A DNA stretch of 64,000 nucleotides from Eutreptiella sp. 'Long Island Sound 2002'. Taxonomy: Eukaryota; Protista; Euglenida. Location of the stretch: positions 64,418,001-64,482,000 of the forward strand of contig OZ038378.1 in the NCBI GenBank assembly GCA_964036045.1, written 5' to 3'. Each line of letters begins with the position of its first letter. Positions within the stretch are counted from its first letter, which is position 1. A program made the position numbers and the translations under genes. Below are positions 23,467-35,339 of the stretch, in pieces. Below the pieces are notes generated by a model. It did no database searches. It worked only from the letters and a program-made list of their open reading frames with translations, and was not told the DNA's origin.

Positions 23467-24427
23467 TTCAGCATACCGTGCCTTGCCTATCGAGGGCGGG
23501 GGAGATTGCCCCCGAGGCCTTGGTGAAGGCATTCCGGGGGTTGGGGGGATGCGGCTACGGGGTAGACCCGGTTGCGGGGGTTGTGGGGGGCTTGGCCTTG
23601 GGCTTGGGGCGGGAGGCGATGCCGTGCACCAATCCGACGGTTGGCCGGTTGGCGGCCGACGGGTCGAACTCCCGATACCCATGATCTCTGACCACGTTGG
23701 CGTCCACATCAACGTCCTCCCAACACACTCCATACCCCTAGTCCCATCGCCTGCCAGCAGTGGGCGATGAAACGCCAGTGCCCCGCCCCCCCCTTGTCGG
23801 GCGTGAAGACGTTGATTTGCGCCAACTCAAACATCTTCACCCCCTTTTCGGAGCGGGGGGGGGGGGGGGGGGGCGCTTCCCCCCTCTTCCTCCCGGGCAA
23901 CTCCACCACTAGGCCCCTGCAAACCCCCCACCCGCAGGGGTTTGTCCTCGTGGACCCCCCCCCCCCCTCGTCCGCCCACAACCACCTGCCCTGCCCCAAA
24001 ATTTTGTGATGCAAACGATGCATCAAAAAACAGAGAGTCCAAATCGGAGTCTCCGGGGGGACGAGGAGGGGGTGGACGAGGTTTGGGGGGTGGGGGGCGT
24101 CCAAGACGGCAGGGTCCCACGGCAGGTCCTGGATGGACCCCGCCTCCCTGGCCGCTCAAAAAAACCCTCAGCCCCTGCCCCGTCCGCACCGCCTTCTCCG
24201 CCACCACCTTCTCCTTCACCTTCTCCTCCACCGTCTCCTCCACGTCCACCTCCACCACCTCATCCACCACCTCCTCCTTCACCTTTGCCAGTGGGTGTCC
24301 CTGACGGCATGGGCGCCGGGTACTTTTATTTGTTTTTTGTAACTACCTCAGTTCGCAATCCTCAAGGGCTGAGGCTCGGTGATGGGTTCAGTGGCGCATG
24401 TGCTGTGTTCAGCGGAGAATGAATATT

Positions 24428-24532
24428 CAAGTCCTGTGCAGTTTTCTTGTGCTCTGCTTGTGCAAACACTAGTTGTGCCTCGTCTCAACTTTTGTTTGCG
24501 TCTCCAATGTTTAGGCAGTTTTCCTGTCTTTG
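24428..24532 (+). repeat. Split direct repeats B1/A2 (internal circle-junction copy overlapping at AACACT 24465-24470)
   Basis: B1 is identical to B2; A2 matches A1. Confidence 0.92.
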
Positions 24533-24773
24533 CCCGCCCACCCACCCACTGACCGGCTGACCCCCTGAGAGCACCTGCCCTTTCCTTTGCGTTTTGAAAC
24601 TGATCCCCTGGGGTTGAGTGGGGGATCTAACCGTGCTGCAGCGTGTGGGCCAGGGTATAGGGTCAGGGTCAGTATCAGAGTGGGGTCCCGCATCCAGCGG
24701 AGTGGTCCGCGACGCACCCGTCCATACAACCGCCGGTACACCCGGCCTTGGTGATACATCAGTACTGCCATCC

Positions 24774-24816
24774 CAAGTCCTGTGCAGTTTTCTTGTGCTC
24801 TGCTTGTGCAAACACT
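24774..24816 (+). repeat. Split direct repeat B2 (right terminus, ends in AACACT)
   Basis: CAAGTCCTGTGCAG...GTGCAAACACT is identical to 24428-24470. Confidence 0.92.
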
Positions 24817-27780
24817 GCCCTAGCACGTGCACCTTGCACACTAGTGGTGCCAATAGGGCGTTGAAGGGGGTTGACATCATGGAATTATGTTGCAAGTGCT
24901 CCTCTTCGTCCTTATTTATCACCACAAGGGTGCCCAACACATTCCATGGCTATCAAACGCATCAAGGAAGGTGGACCTTCAAAAGGTATGCAAAAAGGGT
25001 GTTTTTCAAGGATGGGTTCGGGATGGGGTATTTTGCGCCCAAGAAGAGGTTGTTGGGGCCAGTAAATTGGTGCAAAGTCCACTAGACCGCAATCCAAGGT
25101 GTTTGTTCATCATCTAGGTTGGGTGCAATGCAGACGGCACCAGATTTGCCCAACAAGGGGCATTTTTTACTTACTTTTGACGGTCATCCAAGATGTTTGT
25201 TCATCATGTAGGTTGGTTCCAATGTGAAAGGCCTCCTTCAAGGACAAGCTAGACAAGAAATTGCCTAAAACGGGGGCATTTTTTGCTTGCCTGACAGTTC
25301 TTGAAAAATTGGTCCGCCACTTGCGACCCCGGTTCCTAGCCACCAGTGCGGAGTTTCTTGCTAAGCATGTACGTGATGGTCCCTCACATCCAAAAGTCTA
25401 AGCCCAATCTAAGCCCATAGTGCCCCGTATCGTTTCAATGTAATGTCAGGTTCGTACCCCCAAGTTTGGGGCCAGCAAGAAGTTGTCGAGGCCACTATAT
25501 GCGTGGAAAACATAGCACACGGTGATCAAAGGTGTTTATTCATCATCTAGGTTGGTTCCAATGCTAAAGGACCCCTTTATGGAGATATAAGGCATCCAAA
25601 CTACACCAAAAGGGGCATTTTTAGCCATTGACCGATTTTCAAACCTAAGTCTACCCCTTGTTATGCCCGTTCCTCGCCGCCACCGTTGGGTTTCTTGTTT
25701 GTGTTTGGCGTGATTGTTTCTGGCACCCATATGATGGCATGATAGAGTTGTGATTTTCGCCCTTTCCATGCGTGCTTGCTTGCCGCTGCTTGCTATTTCC
25801 TGCTACATGCTGCCTCCTTGCCGATGTTGCATGCCACAATTGGTACGTCAAGCTTCGACACTAAAGAGGGTTATATACTCAAGACCGGTTCCACGAGCTC
25901 AGTGACACTAATCAAGACCGAATATTAGGGCGGAGCTGGTGGGTGAGGGGACATCAAGTAGGGTGTTGACTAATGATGCATGTTGTGAGACACCACTTCT
26001 TCCCCTATCCGCGCGCTCAAAACCGTTTGTCTCTCCTTGCTCATTTTAGAGACATGCCCCCCTCCCCACCTCCACCACTCCTCACACACTTCTCTCCTAT
26101 CATGCTTCCCCCCGTGTTCCCTCCATGCCCTCCCGATGCTTCAATATCAATCCCCAAGTTGCCCATTTCAACGTCTTTTTGGAGCTTACATGGACTCATA
26201 TGGGTCCAAGATGGCTCAAAATAGCTTGAAACATCTTGTTTGAGCACCCCAATTGGTCTCAGAACAATTTTGGAGCACTCATTTTGGACCACTTTTGGAC
26301 CGAATGAAATCCAGGGCATTCAAGCACAACACTATTCTCTTGTGGCCTCCCTCTCCCATATGCACTGCTCGTCCGAAAGTTGCCCATTTCAAGGGGTTTC
26401 GGGGACTTGCATGGGCTAATATGGGTGAAATACTCCTCAAAGTAGTACCTATCTGAGCACCGCAAGTGGTCCAATCACAAATTTGGATGAGGTCTTTTTT
26501 GGCCACTTTTATACCCACTGGTGACCGCCTTAACCCAACCCTAGCACAGCACGTGCATTGTGCATACCGCACGACTACCATGGGGGATTTAATTGTGTTA
26601 ACCGTGCAGAATTAGGTCTGAACCAATCGACTTGATAATTATTTTTCATCACAAGGGTGCACAACTCAATCCATGGCATTCGAACACAACACTAGCAGGT
26701 GGCAGTTGAAAAAGTATGTAAAATAGGTCCTTTTCAACACTGATGTTGTGGCATTTGGGGGCCACAACCAAGCTGTCTAGGGCACGAAATTGTTGGAAAC
26801 CACATTTACCCCTTATGAACTAGCTCGTTGAATGGGGGCTTCACGCTTTTCATGTTTTGCTCACTACTACTACTTGGTGCCATTGTGCCTGTTTGTCGTC
26901 CTATTGTTGGACGAAGGCGAAAAATTGCAATGCATGCACGCCTGTCAAAGTGCCACAATGAACGGACGCAACGGCACCACATTCTAAGCAAAGCATGAAA
27001 ATTCAAGGACACTCTCACACCCCCATGCACGGTATGTTCGCGCTCCATTCTTGGGGTTGGTGTTCCACCCTCTTTAGTGTCTAGGGTGGACGGACCAACT
27101 TTGGCAAGCAGCAACAGCCAGCTAGCAAGCATCACGCGAAATGGGCAAAAATGACACCTCTGTCGTGGCGCTTTGGATTTCGCCATAACCTTGGTGGATG
27201 ATACCTGTGGGTGTCCGGGAGAAGAAGGGCACATAATACAAGCAACGAACCCTATGGTGGCGGCCGGGAAAGGTGTTACAAGTGGCATCACAATTGGCAA
27301 ACTTAGGCCTAAAACTCTATCTTAATTGACCAAAAAATGCCCCTTTTTCTGTAGTTTGGATGCTGTATATCTCCATCAAGGGGTCCATTAGGAGTGGAAC
27401 CAACCTAGATAATGAACAAACACCTTTGATCACTGTTGATGTGTACTCTTCATGAACTACGTCTAACTAGCCGTTTGGATGAGCGCATCAATGTGACCTC
27501 GTTTTTGGTGTTTTGTTCGCTGCTTGGTGGCACGATATGCGTTTCTTGGGCCACTGTTGCAGGTTTGACGAGACTACCAATGCCTAGAAGTGTAAGGTTC
27601 CACGAGCTCAATGACGCTAATCAACACCGAATACTGAAACCCAGCTCGTGGCCTTCGTCGTGCTGCTTCGGATTCGGCCAAAATTTTGGTGGATGCTACC
27701 TATGGGTGTGAGGGACAACCACACAAAGTATGAGCTAGAACCTCAACGGTGGCGGCCGGGAACAGGTGTCGCGAGTGCTG
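24817..27780. repeat. Continuation of the dispersed repeat mosaic, including an inverted copy (~27070-27435) of the 16740-17050 / 25520-25870 block
   Basis: CCCTCTTTAGTGTCTAGGGTGGACG is the reverse complement of ~17028-17053. GGAACCAACCTAGATAATGAACAAACACCTTTGATCAC is the reverse complement of ~25521-25559. Confidence 0.7.
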
Positions 27781-30091
27781 GACCTCCATTTCAAAATCTC
27801 CAATTTAGGGCCGAAATCAGCCTTTTTTTGCCCAAAACCGCCATAGAACGTGCTGAAAACGGCCAAACGAAGGGAAATAGTGGCTACTCTACACATGCAG
27901 CTGGACTTCCCCGTGCCGAAGGGCCCTCTAGGGCCCTCTAACTCCACAATATGTCCGCGAACCGCCCCCAAAAGGCCCCCAAAAGGGACATAAATGATGC
28001 TCCTCAAGGCCCGGGAGGCCCAGGGCACAATGTCATGGGCCCTCCATGAGCTGTGCCTCCACCAATTGGCAGAGAGATAGGGGGTGGCAGGGCTATGCTG
28101 GAGCCCCGACAGCAAACAGGTTTGCATTGGGATGGGCCCTGCACTGCCACCAGTCCAGGGAGTATGGCTTAGCTCAGGGTTTGGTTCAGGGCCCATGGGC
28201 CTGCCTTTTCCTCTAGGCTCAACATCGTGGCCATTGCCTTTTGGTAATAGTGCCTTCGGCGCGCGCGCACACACACACACACACACCAGAACTCATGGTT
28301 TGGTCGCATCATTGTTGAACCTCGCAGTTTGAGCATGATTTGAAAGAATTGGGCGTCACACACACAGTTGCAGGGCACAATGAGGCATTAGAACTCCGAA
28401 TTTATGGTTTCGCCGCTGACGGTAGGAGTGTAGGCTTGTTGAACCTCGCAGTTTGAGCAAGTTTTGGATGTCTTTAGGACGGCACACACGGCGGCAGGCA
28501 CAGCAAGGACATACATACCCACACACATGCTCCAGATGCTCCATATGGTCGCCCTCCCCAGGGTGGAAAAATCATTACCTGGGGCGTTGTTCCACGTAAA
28601 AACGGGGGAGGGCAGTCCTCAAAGGGGCTCTCATGATGGAGCCTAAGTAACAGGGTACTCTTGAAAGCTGGTGGGAGCTTCAAAATGGGCTGCAGAGCGG
28701 CCCTAAAGGAAAGTTTGTTCCGCCAAATATTCTTCGGGATGACACGCACCTTAAAAGGATCAATGCATCATGGGGATCATTGGGACTCATATATGGGCTG
28801 GAGTACCCACCAACCCCCGCTCAAAGCCCTCTTTCCTGGCCCTTCCAGGCTGCTATTGGAACTCTGTCACGAGAACCCCTTTTGAAGGGGGGGAGGGGAG
28901 CTGTGGAAGGCAACTGCGTGCTGCAGTTTTCTGGTCAGACCTCCAGCAGTAACAACGAAAGCAGCAGAGGGAATTTCCTTCTAGTGTGGAAACTTGAACG
29001 GCTGGCAGGTCTTACCCGTTGAGCAACCCGCCCTTGGGGGTTTGCTCTGCTCAAAAGGCATTGAGGATCAGCGGAACACGGAGGCGTGGTCAACAGCGCA
29101 AATTAATTCTGCTCCACACTCTCCCCCCGTTGTTCAGTGCACCCCACATCTCGTCACAGGTAAGCCATTTTGCTGCCATGCGATACTATTTGCATGCAGC
29201 ATGAGAGGGGGCAAATATATCTGGGGCAGTGGGGTTTTCGAGCCCGTTTTCTGCATGCGGCTCTGCTGTGCCCATGCCTTCTCATTTGCACGTGCCTGCA
29301 CGTGTAGCACGCATTGTTAGCTCGTACCATTGTTCGTCAGGTTTGCTGCCATCAAAAGCGTGTTGATGTCTGGTCTTGAGGCTGGAGACTTGCAAGCTGC
29401 CAGCTAGTGCGCGTCTGTACGAGCACCTTTTGCAGTAGAAGCCTAGCAGACGGGCTGCACATAGACGACAAAAACATGTATCCTGCTGATCACATTATTG
29501 CAGCACGTTACGTCTGGTGCAGCACCACATTGTCAGTGGTGTTGCAAATGGTGACCGCTGCCGGACTGCCCAAATAGTACCCTATGCTTGTCGTATTTTG
29601 ACCCACTTTTCTAATCACTGTAGAAAGCAGATGTGATGTGTTGCTCGCTTACAGGGGCTTGAAACATCGCCTACAATCAAAAATAGTCGAAATTTCGACT
29701 AAAAGATGTCTTTATCAATTTTGACCATTGAGTACCACAAGTTGTCATTCATGCATGAATCGAATGGCAAGTCACTGCATTTGTGCCCATTAAGCACCGT
29801 CCCCGCAAAATGGCAAAATCCGGGTTGCAACGTCGCAGTTCACCAAAATTTTAGGGGGCAGTTTGGGCCGCCTAAGATAGGGTTTGTCTGACCCCGCGAG
29901 CCGCATGGGACGCCGTCTGGGATCAAGGGTGACATTACGATGGTACCCGGAGATTGCCCGGGCAACCTTACCTTGCCTTACCCCACCTAACCCCACGGCC
30001 TGTGCAGGTATGATCCCCCTACCCCCGCAACCAGAATACCACACACCAAAATAATTCGACACATGATGTAATAGGTTTGGATTATGGAGGT

Positions 30092-31231
30092 TAGTCACAA
30101 CCTGTACTCTATATATGTTGCTGCTGGTGATGTGCATGCATGTTCGTCATGCCTTTTCAACTTGCCATTAGGCGAAATTTCGACTATTTTTTGTATCAAG
30201 TGTGGTTGCCTAGCAAAATGTTGCCCCAAATTCGAATGCTATAGTAAACGAAAGTTGATTGTTGCCTTTTACTTGCGTTCACATACTGATGAAGTAGCGA
30301 GGGATTCGCGATTTGTCCTACGAAATGTCAGCAAATATCTGTGAGCTTTTGTTAAACAAATCTGCATATACATTTGTTGCCTTTAAACTTGCTCATCGCG
30401 AAGAAATTTGAACAGCAACAGACTATTTGATTGTGGCGACCCTCATTGACAAGTCTCATGGTTACCGGCCCTTGTCTTGAAATGGAGATATAACAATATC
30501 CGGTTGGAGGATTATGGGCAGCTGCTTGGGCAAGGAGAGGATTACCATTTCAAAGGACACATGATGTCATTTTACAGATCTAACACTGACATTTTGATGA
30601 TTTAAAAAATGAATACTCTACCTATTCTCTTCAGATGTCAAGATCGTCAAACGCTTTAAGGGCAATGATGCATGTACGACTAGATGTGCTTATTTGGAGG
30701 AAAAGATTTCACACAGCATAGGTGAATTTTTGACACACACTACTAATTTGTTGGTACAAGCTCCTCAGAGGTTGAAGTGCCAACTACCTGAAGTAACTAA
30801 GTGTTTAACTCCATGGTTAGCCAATTGGCAAAATTTCGGCGAATCAAGTAACTCAATGTTCTACCTCCATGATTAGCCAATAGGCGACATTTCACCTAAT
30901 CAACCTTCTTGTGTCTGATGGTTCCGGAGCGTGACACATAGTGATGGCATTGAAATCGCAAAATAAAACTAGTTTCTAGCAGCATAGTCCCATATTCACA
31001 TGCAACATATGATGTGTTGTTATGCACACCATAAGTGATTGTGACGAAGATTAATGCAGCCAATATTCGTCAATTGAGATTGCTGGTGGCAAGCTGTGGT
31101 AGGCAACAACCACACTTGATACCAAAAAATAGTCGAAATTTTGCAATTTGGCAAGTTGAAGAGGCATGATGAACATGCATGCACATCAAAAGCAGCAACA
31201 TATATATAGTGTGCGGGCTCTGAGTGGACTA
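30092..31231. mobile_element. Foldback/MITE-like element with ~140-bp imperfect inverted arms
   Basis: 30092-30225 (ATATATGTTGCTGCT..GATGTGCATGCATGTTC.TCATGCCT.TTCAACTTGCCA..AATTTCGACTATTTTTT) is inverted at ~31095-31231. TA at both ends. Confidence 0.7.
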
Positions 31232-34200
31232 GTTCTCATTCTCAGTCAGCTACTGTCCTGCAAGCACCATTGGCATCTTTTTTCAAAACTTAGTCCAATT
31301 CAGACCACACGTAGCAATACCGTTTTCCAAAGAGATTAGTCGCATTGTCGTCTAAATTGCCCATTTGGCTAATTTTCACTGCTGAGAACTATTGCCAGTA
31401 ACTATAACTACATCTGTTCATCAGAAGTTGAAGGTTCGCCAAAACGAGTTAGTCCAATTTTTGCCTACTCAGTCCAAATAGTTCCTTGAAGTTATGGATA
31501 GGTTAGCCGGATATCCCCCAGATGGATGCCCCAACATTGCATCCTATACGCATTGTTATCAAGTGATATACATCACAAACAGTGAAAACCCCTGTGACAG
31601 CCCATTGTTTCGGAAAACCTCATTCACCGACCAATGAGCCCTCAAGAGTCATTTGACTCATTTTGACACATTGTCTAGAGCTTTTTTTGGGGATGCAATC
31701 CTTCTTTTTTATTGCACCTTGAATCCCCTCTATACAATGCCCCGTTTTCCCGTATTCATACGTATTGATTGATGTTCTTCCAGAGGCTAAATCGCAATGG
31801 GGCAAGTGCACATCCTCTCCTGTGGGGGATGCAGTTTGGGCCGCCTAAGCCTGTTGCCTTGGTGGTGGATTCCTCCTTTTGCCCCACTAGACTCAGGGTC
31901 GTCTGGTATGACAGCACAGCCATGTGAGCCTCCTGTGGGGCTGTGCCGGAGGGGGGGGGGGGGGGGGGGTGGGGGCCTGTGAGCACGGTGGAGAAAAAAA
32001 ATTGGGAAATCATTGCTGCTGCCCAAGGCTGATTTTGACACCCTCCCACCAGTGATTCTGTGCATTTGACTCCTCTCCCATCGTCGGATTACAGCGACGC
32101 ACAGCCTAATTGTAGCCACCTGACCGCCCAAGTCCCTTCGCAACAGTGTTCAGACAGCCCATGTCATCATATTGGAAGGGTCCCGGGCTGCGTGTTCTTC
32201 GACCCGTCACACTACCCAATTGACAGGTGAATGCAGCGGTCAGCCCAAGTTAGACTGTGCCTGGCAGAGAGAGAGAGACGGTGTGGACGTTGGACGGAGC
32301 CCTCTGCAGCTTAGCCTTGTTTAGCAGAGCCGTCCTCGTTTCGCAGGAGTGTTCAGCAAAAGAAGTGGTCTGTGTCAGACAAAGCAAAAACGAAAGAAAG
32401 AAAACCGAATCCGCCGCTTCTTTTCCAGTGAGACGGTGAGGAGGGGCTGAATCTTATGGAACCAGGGCTGCTGCAACTACACACACTGCTTGTTCATGAA
32501 GCATGACTGCAGGCAGCCCATTCATCTCCGCAAGCGGTTCAAACGACGCAAGGGCCGCATGGCAGACTGCGTGAGGGTGTTTCCTTGATTGGCTGACGCT
32601 GCCATACGGAAATTTAGGGCTTGTCCTGTTTTGGCGCCTCGTGGAGAAGCCTCAGACAAACCAAGGTCATTGATTCACCTTTGAAAAGTGTGTCCTGACC
32701 TGCTTTTCCTTGTGCCCTTGTGGATTTAGACCCCCGCTCTGCGTGTCAACACGCTAAGTCCAAAACTGTACCCCCTTTTGGACTGCTTCCTCTGCGTGCA
32801 TCGGCGGACAAGGGGGACAGAGGATATTCATCACTCATCAATGTCAACAACTGGCGCTGGTTGAGTGCATATAGCGCACGGTCTTGGTGGGGCACTGGAG
32901 TAATGCTAGAAGTCTGGAAAGTCTACGCAGAGGGTGTGGGTCTGAACCCCAGATTTGATGCCAACGGCCAGGACAACTTGCGCTGGCATGCAGGCTAGTA
33001 GTCCTCAAACATAGGACTTATGACCCAAACTACTGTTTCCCCCTGTTTCCTATGAATAAGGACCATAATGTAGCCCACAGTCATACCTTACTTCAGTGCT
33101 GTTTGCTGATGTGGTGCAGGATTTGCATGGGCCTGTTCTGCGTGACCCTCTGATTGGGTTGCGGAGGCGGCAGACAGTGCAAGTGCAATGTCTTTTGTCG
33201 GGAGAGACATCAGCAGAGGGCGCACTCCGCAGAGTAGTGGTCCGCAGGCTGGTGCCCGGTCAAACGGCTGCTTGCTTCCAATTGGTGCTTTCACTTTTGC
33301 ACGTGGACAACGTCAAATGGATGTACATTTCTGAAACGCTTCTTTGGCCAGAGCCCTGGTTCTGGTGGGCATTTGGCCCAAACCAGACTGGCAGAGGTAT
33401 CTCCGCCTTTATCGAGGCCAACACCACGACAGTCCCTTCAGAGAAAAGCGTGTTTGATGGGGACAGATTCAGTTGCTGTTCTTATGGCCAGTCGAAGACT
33501 GCTTGGGTATTGAGGATAGCAGCCAAGCAGTGGTTGATAGTCAGTGGACAGCAGGGAATTATTTGACAGCACTGGGGGAAAGCTGGCACAGTGTGTGCCT
33601 GGCGCTCGGTGTGCTGCATTGTGCGAAACCTGCCTCCATTGCGGTGAGGGGCGGGCTACTACGCCTTGTTTCCACCACAGCCCATCAGTCAGGCTTGGCT
33701 GTGGCACTTCCTGAGGGCATTCGTGGACAATTTTGTGACATGTATGCACACACTGAGAGGACGGAGTTCCTTATGGCACCGAAGCGAAGAAGGGGAATAT
33801 GCGTACCTAGGGAAATGATTGCCCCACTCTGCAAATGGTGTCATGCTCCAGGACAGTTGCACAGGGATGCCCCCGCCCCCCCCCCCCCCCTGCGCAATTA
33901 CTGCCCTCTGGCCAGGCGGCTCTTCTTGCTGCATTATTCTGAGAAATCCATAACAACCAGCTGCTGGTCAGGTGTCATTTTTGGACCGCTTTAGTCTGGA
34001 AGGGGCATTGCTGCTCATTGTGCAGGGGGGAGGGGATGTAGGATTTCTCGCCTCACACCTGTGCCAGCCTGCGGCAGCAAATAAGCAGTCCATCATCACA
34101 GGCGCCCAGTGCAGCCTCTTTGTTGCACATTGCAACATGGTTTCTTGGGCCGCACAGAGGTATCGGTGTTGCGGGTAAATGAGAGTGGATAGGTGGGATG

Positions 34201-35339
34201 TTCTGCTGGTGGCTGATGAAATTGTCCCTTGAGTGCCCCTCCCAAGCCCTCGACTCGTCTGGAATGCTTGCATGCAAAGCCCGCCAGCGCTGGCAGGGGA
34301 GTGGACACTGCGGGGGAGGTGCTCAGCTGCAATCTTAAGCGATAGGACATGCACTCCATGCCCCCCCCCCCCCCCTGCACTGCCCATCACAAATGACCTC
34401 AACCAACAAGCAGGTCACACAAGCAACAGGTCACTGGACAACAGTTGTGCTACACGACAACCAATCAGCGTTTTGGAACCCCCTACTGGCCCATGTTTTC
34501 CGGACTCCGTTTTCCTTGAGAGAGTACTGCACACGGTGCATGCAGTGCACACACAGTGCGTGTGCCGTGCGTGTATTGGGGTTATTCCATAGACCTACCC
34601 ACCTATTTACAGGGCAGTACCCGCCCGGGGGGTACATGTGCTCCCAAGCTGTACAAGGTATGACCATTGCATGTAGTGCGCTGTGTCCTCTCGCAGTGTC
34701 AACCATGTCCTTTTCATGGCTTCGTTGCGGGCATCGCTGTCATGTACACCCGATCGGATGGTCATAGGAGCCTCCAAACATTTTCAACAAGCATCCACAA
34801 ACCTGTAGAAAGGAACAACAAGCAGCTTAGAGGCCTACAGGGTGCGCCAAGTTTTAGGGGTTCCAAGCGTTGCTCGTTTCCCAATAGTTTAAGCCAGCCC
34901 GCTACGTGGTGCACGCACGGTGCGCATGCGGTGCAGGTATTCCCCCCTTGCCGTCAAAAGTCCGACTACACCTGGTTGATGCAAAGTGACCTGCCATGTT
35001 TCTGCACCTTTGATTAGCAATCTTGCACCACAGTCAATTTCCTGTTCCTAAAATGGGGTGATTTTGCCCTGCCAAACTGGTTTCCAATGTATGTGGGGTG
35101 GTGAGTGGGTGAGCCGGCCCCTGGAATTTCTCCCCTCCAACAGCTCACTCCCCGTCATTAATGCCTGTTCTGCAGCCTGGCAGTGACGGGACCTACCTGT
35201 AGTATTAAGACACTTATCGTCCTAGTTGTTGCTTTTTCTGAATTTTTGATGTGCCTCGCCTGACCCATCCGTAAGGATCTGGGGCTGGGGCATGCCCTCA
35301 GTATTGTGGTGCGTACTGATTCGGTCCACGCTTTGAAGT

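Larger units (their letters stand above)
17896..24816 (+). mobile_element. Complete tyrosine-recombinase retrotransposon (VIPER/TATE-like ORF order, Ngaro/PAT-type split direct repeats)
   Basis: gag, YR and RT/RNase H ORFs. A1 17896-17963 matches A2 24465-24532 (66/68). B1 24428-24470 matches B2 24774-24816 (43/43). Removing the element restores the host repeat. Confidence 0.92.

Noticed and set aside
6783-24300. Numerous long overlapping and antisense ORFs in the ORF track within the GC-rich retroelements
   Set aside because: They are shadow frames of GC-rich coding DNA with low-complexity Arg/Pro/Ala/Gly translations and no motifs.
34020-34380. GTGCAGGGGGG / CCCCCCTGCAC as MITE TIRs
   Set aside because: Mostly homopolymer, and the candidate 8-bp TSD has 2 mismatches; insufficient support.
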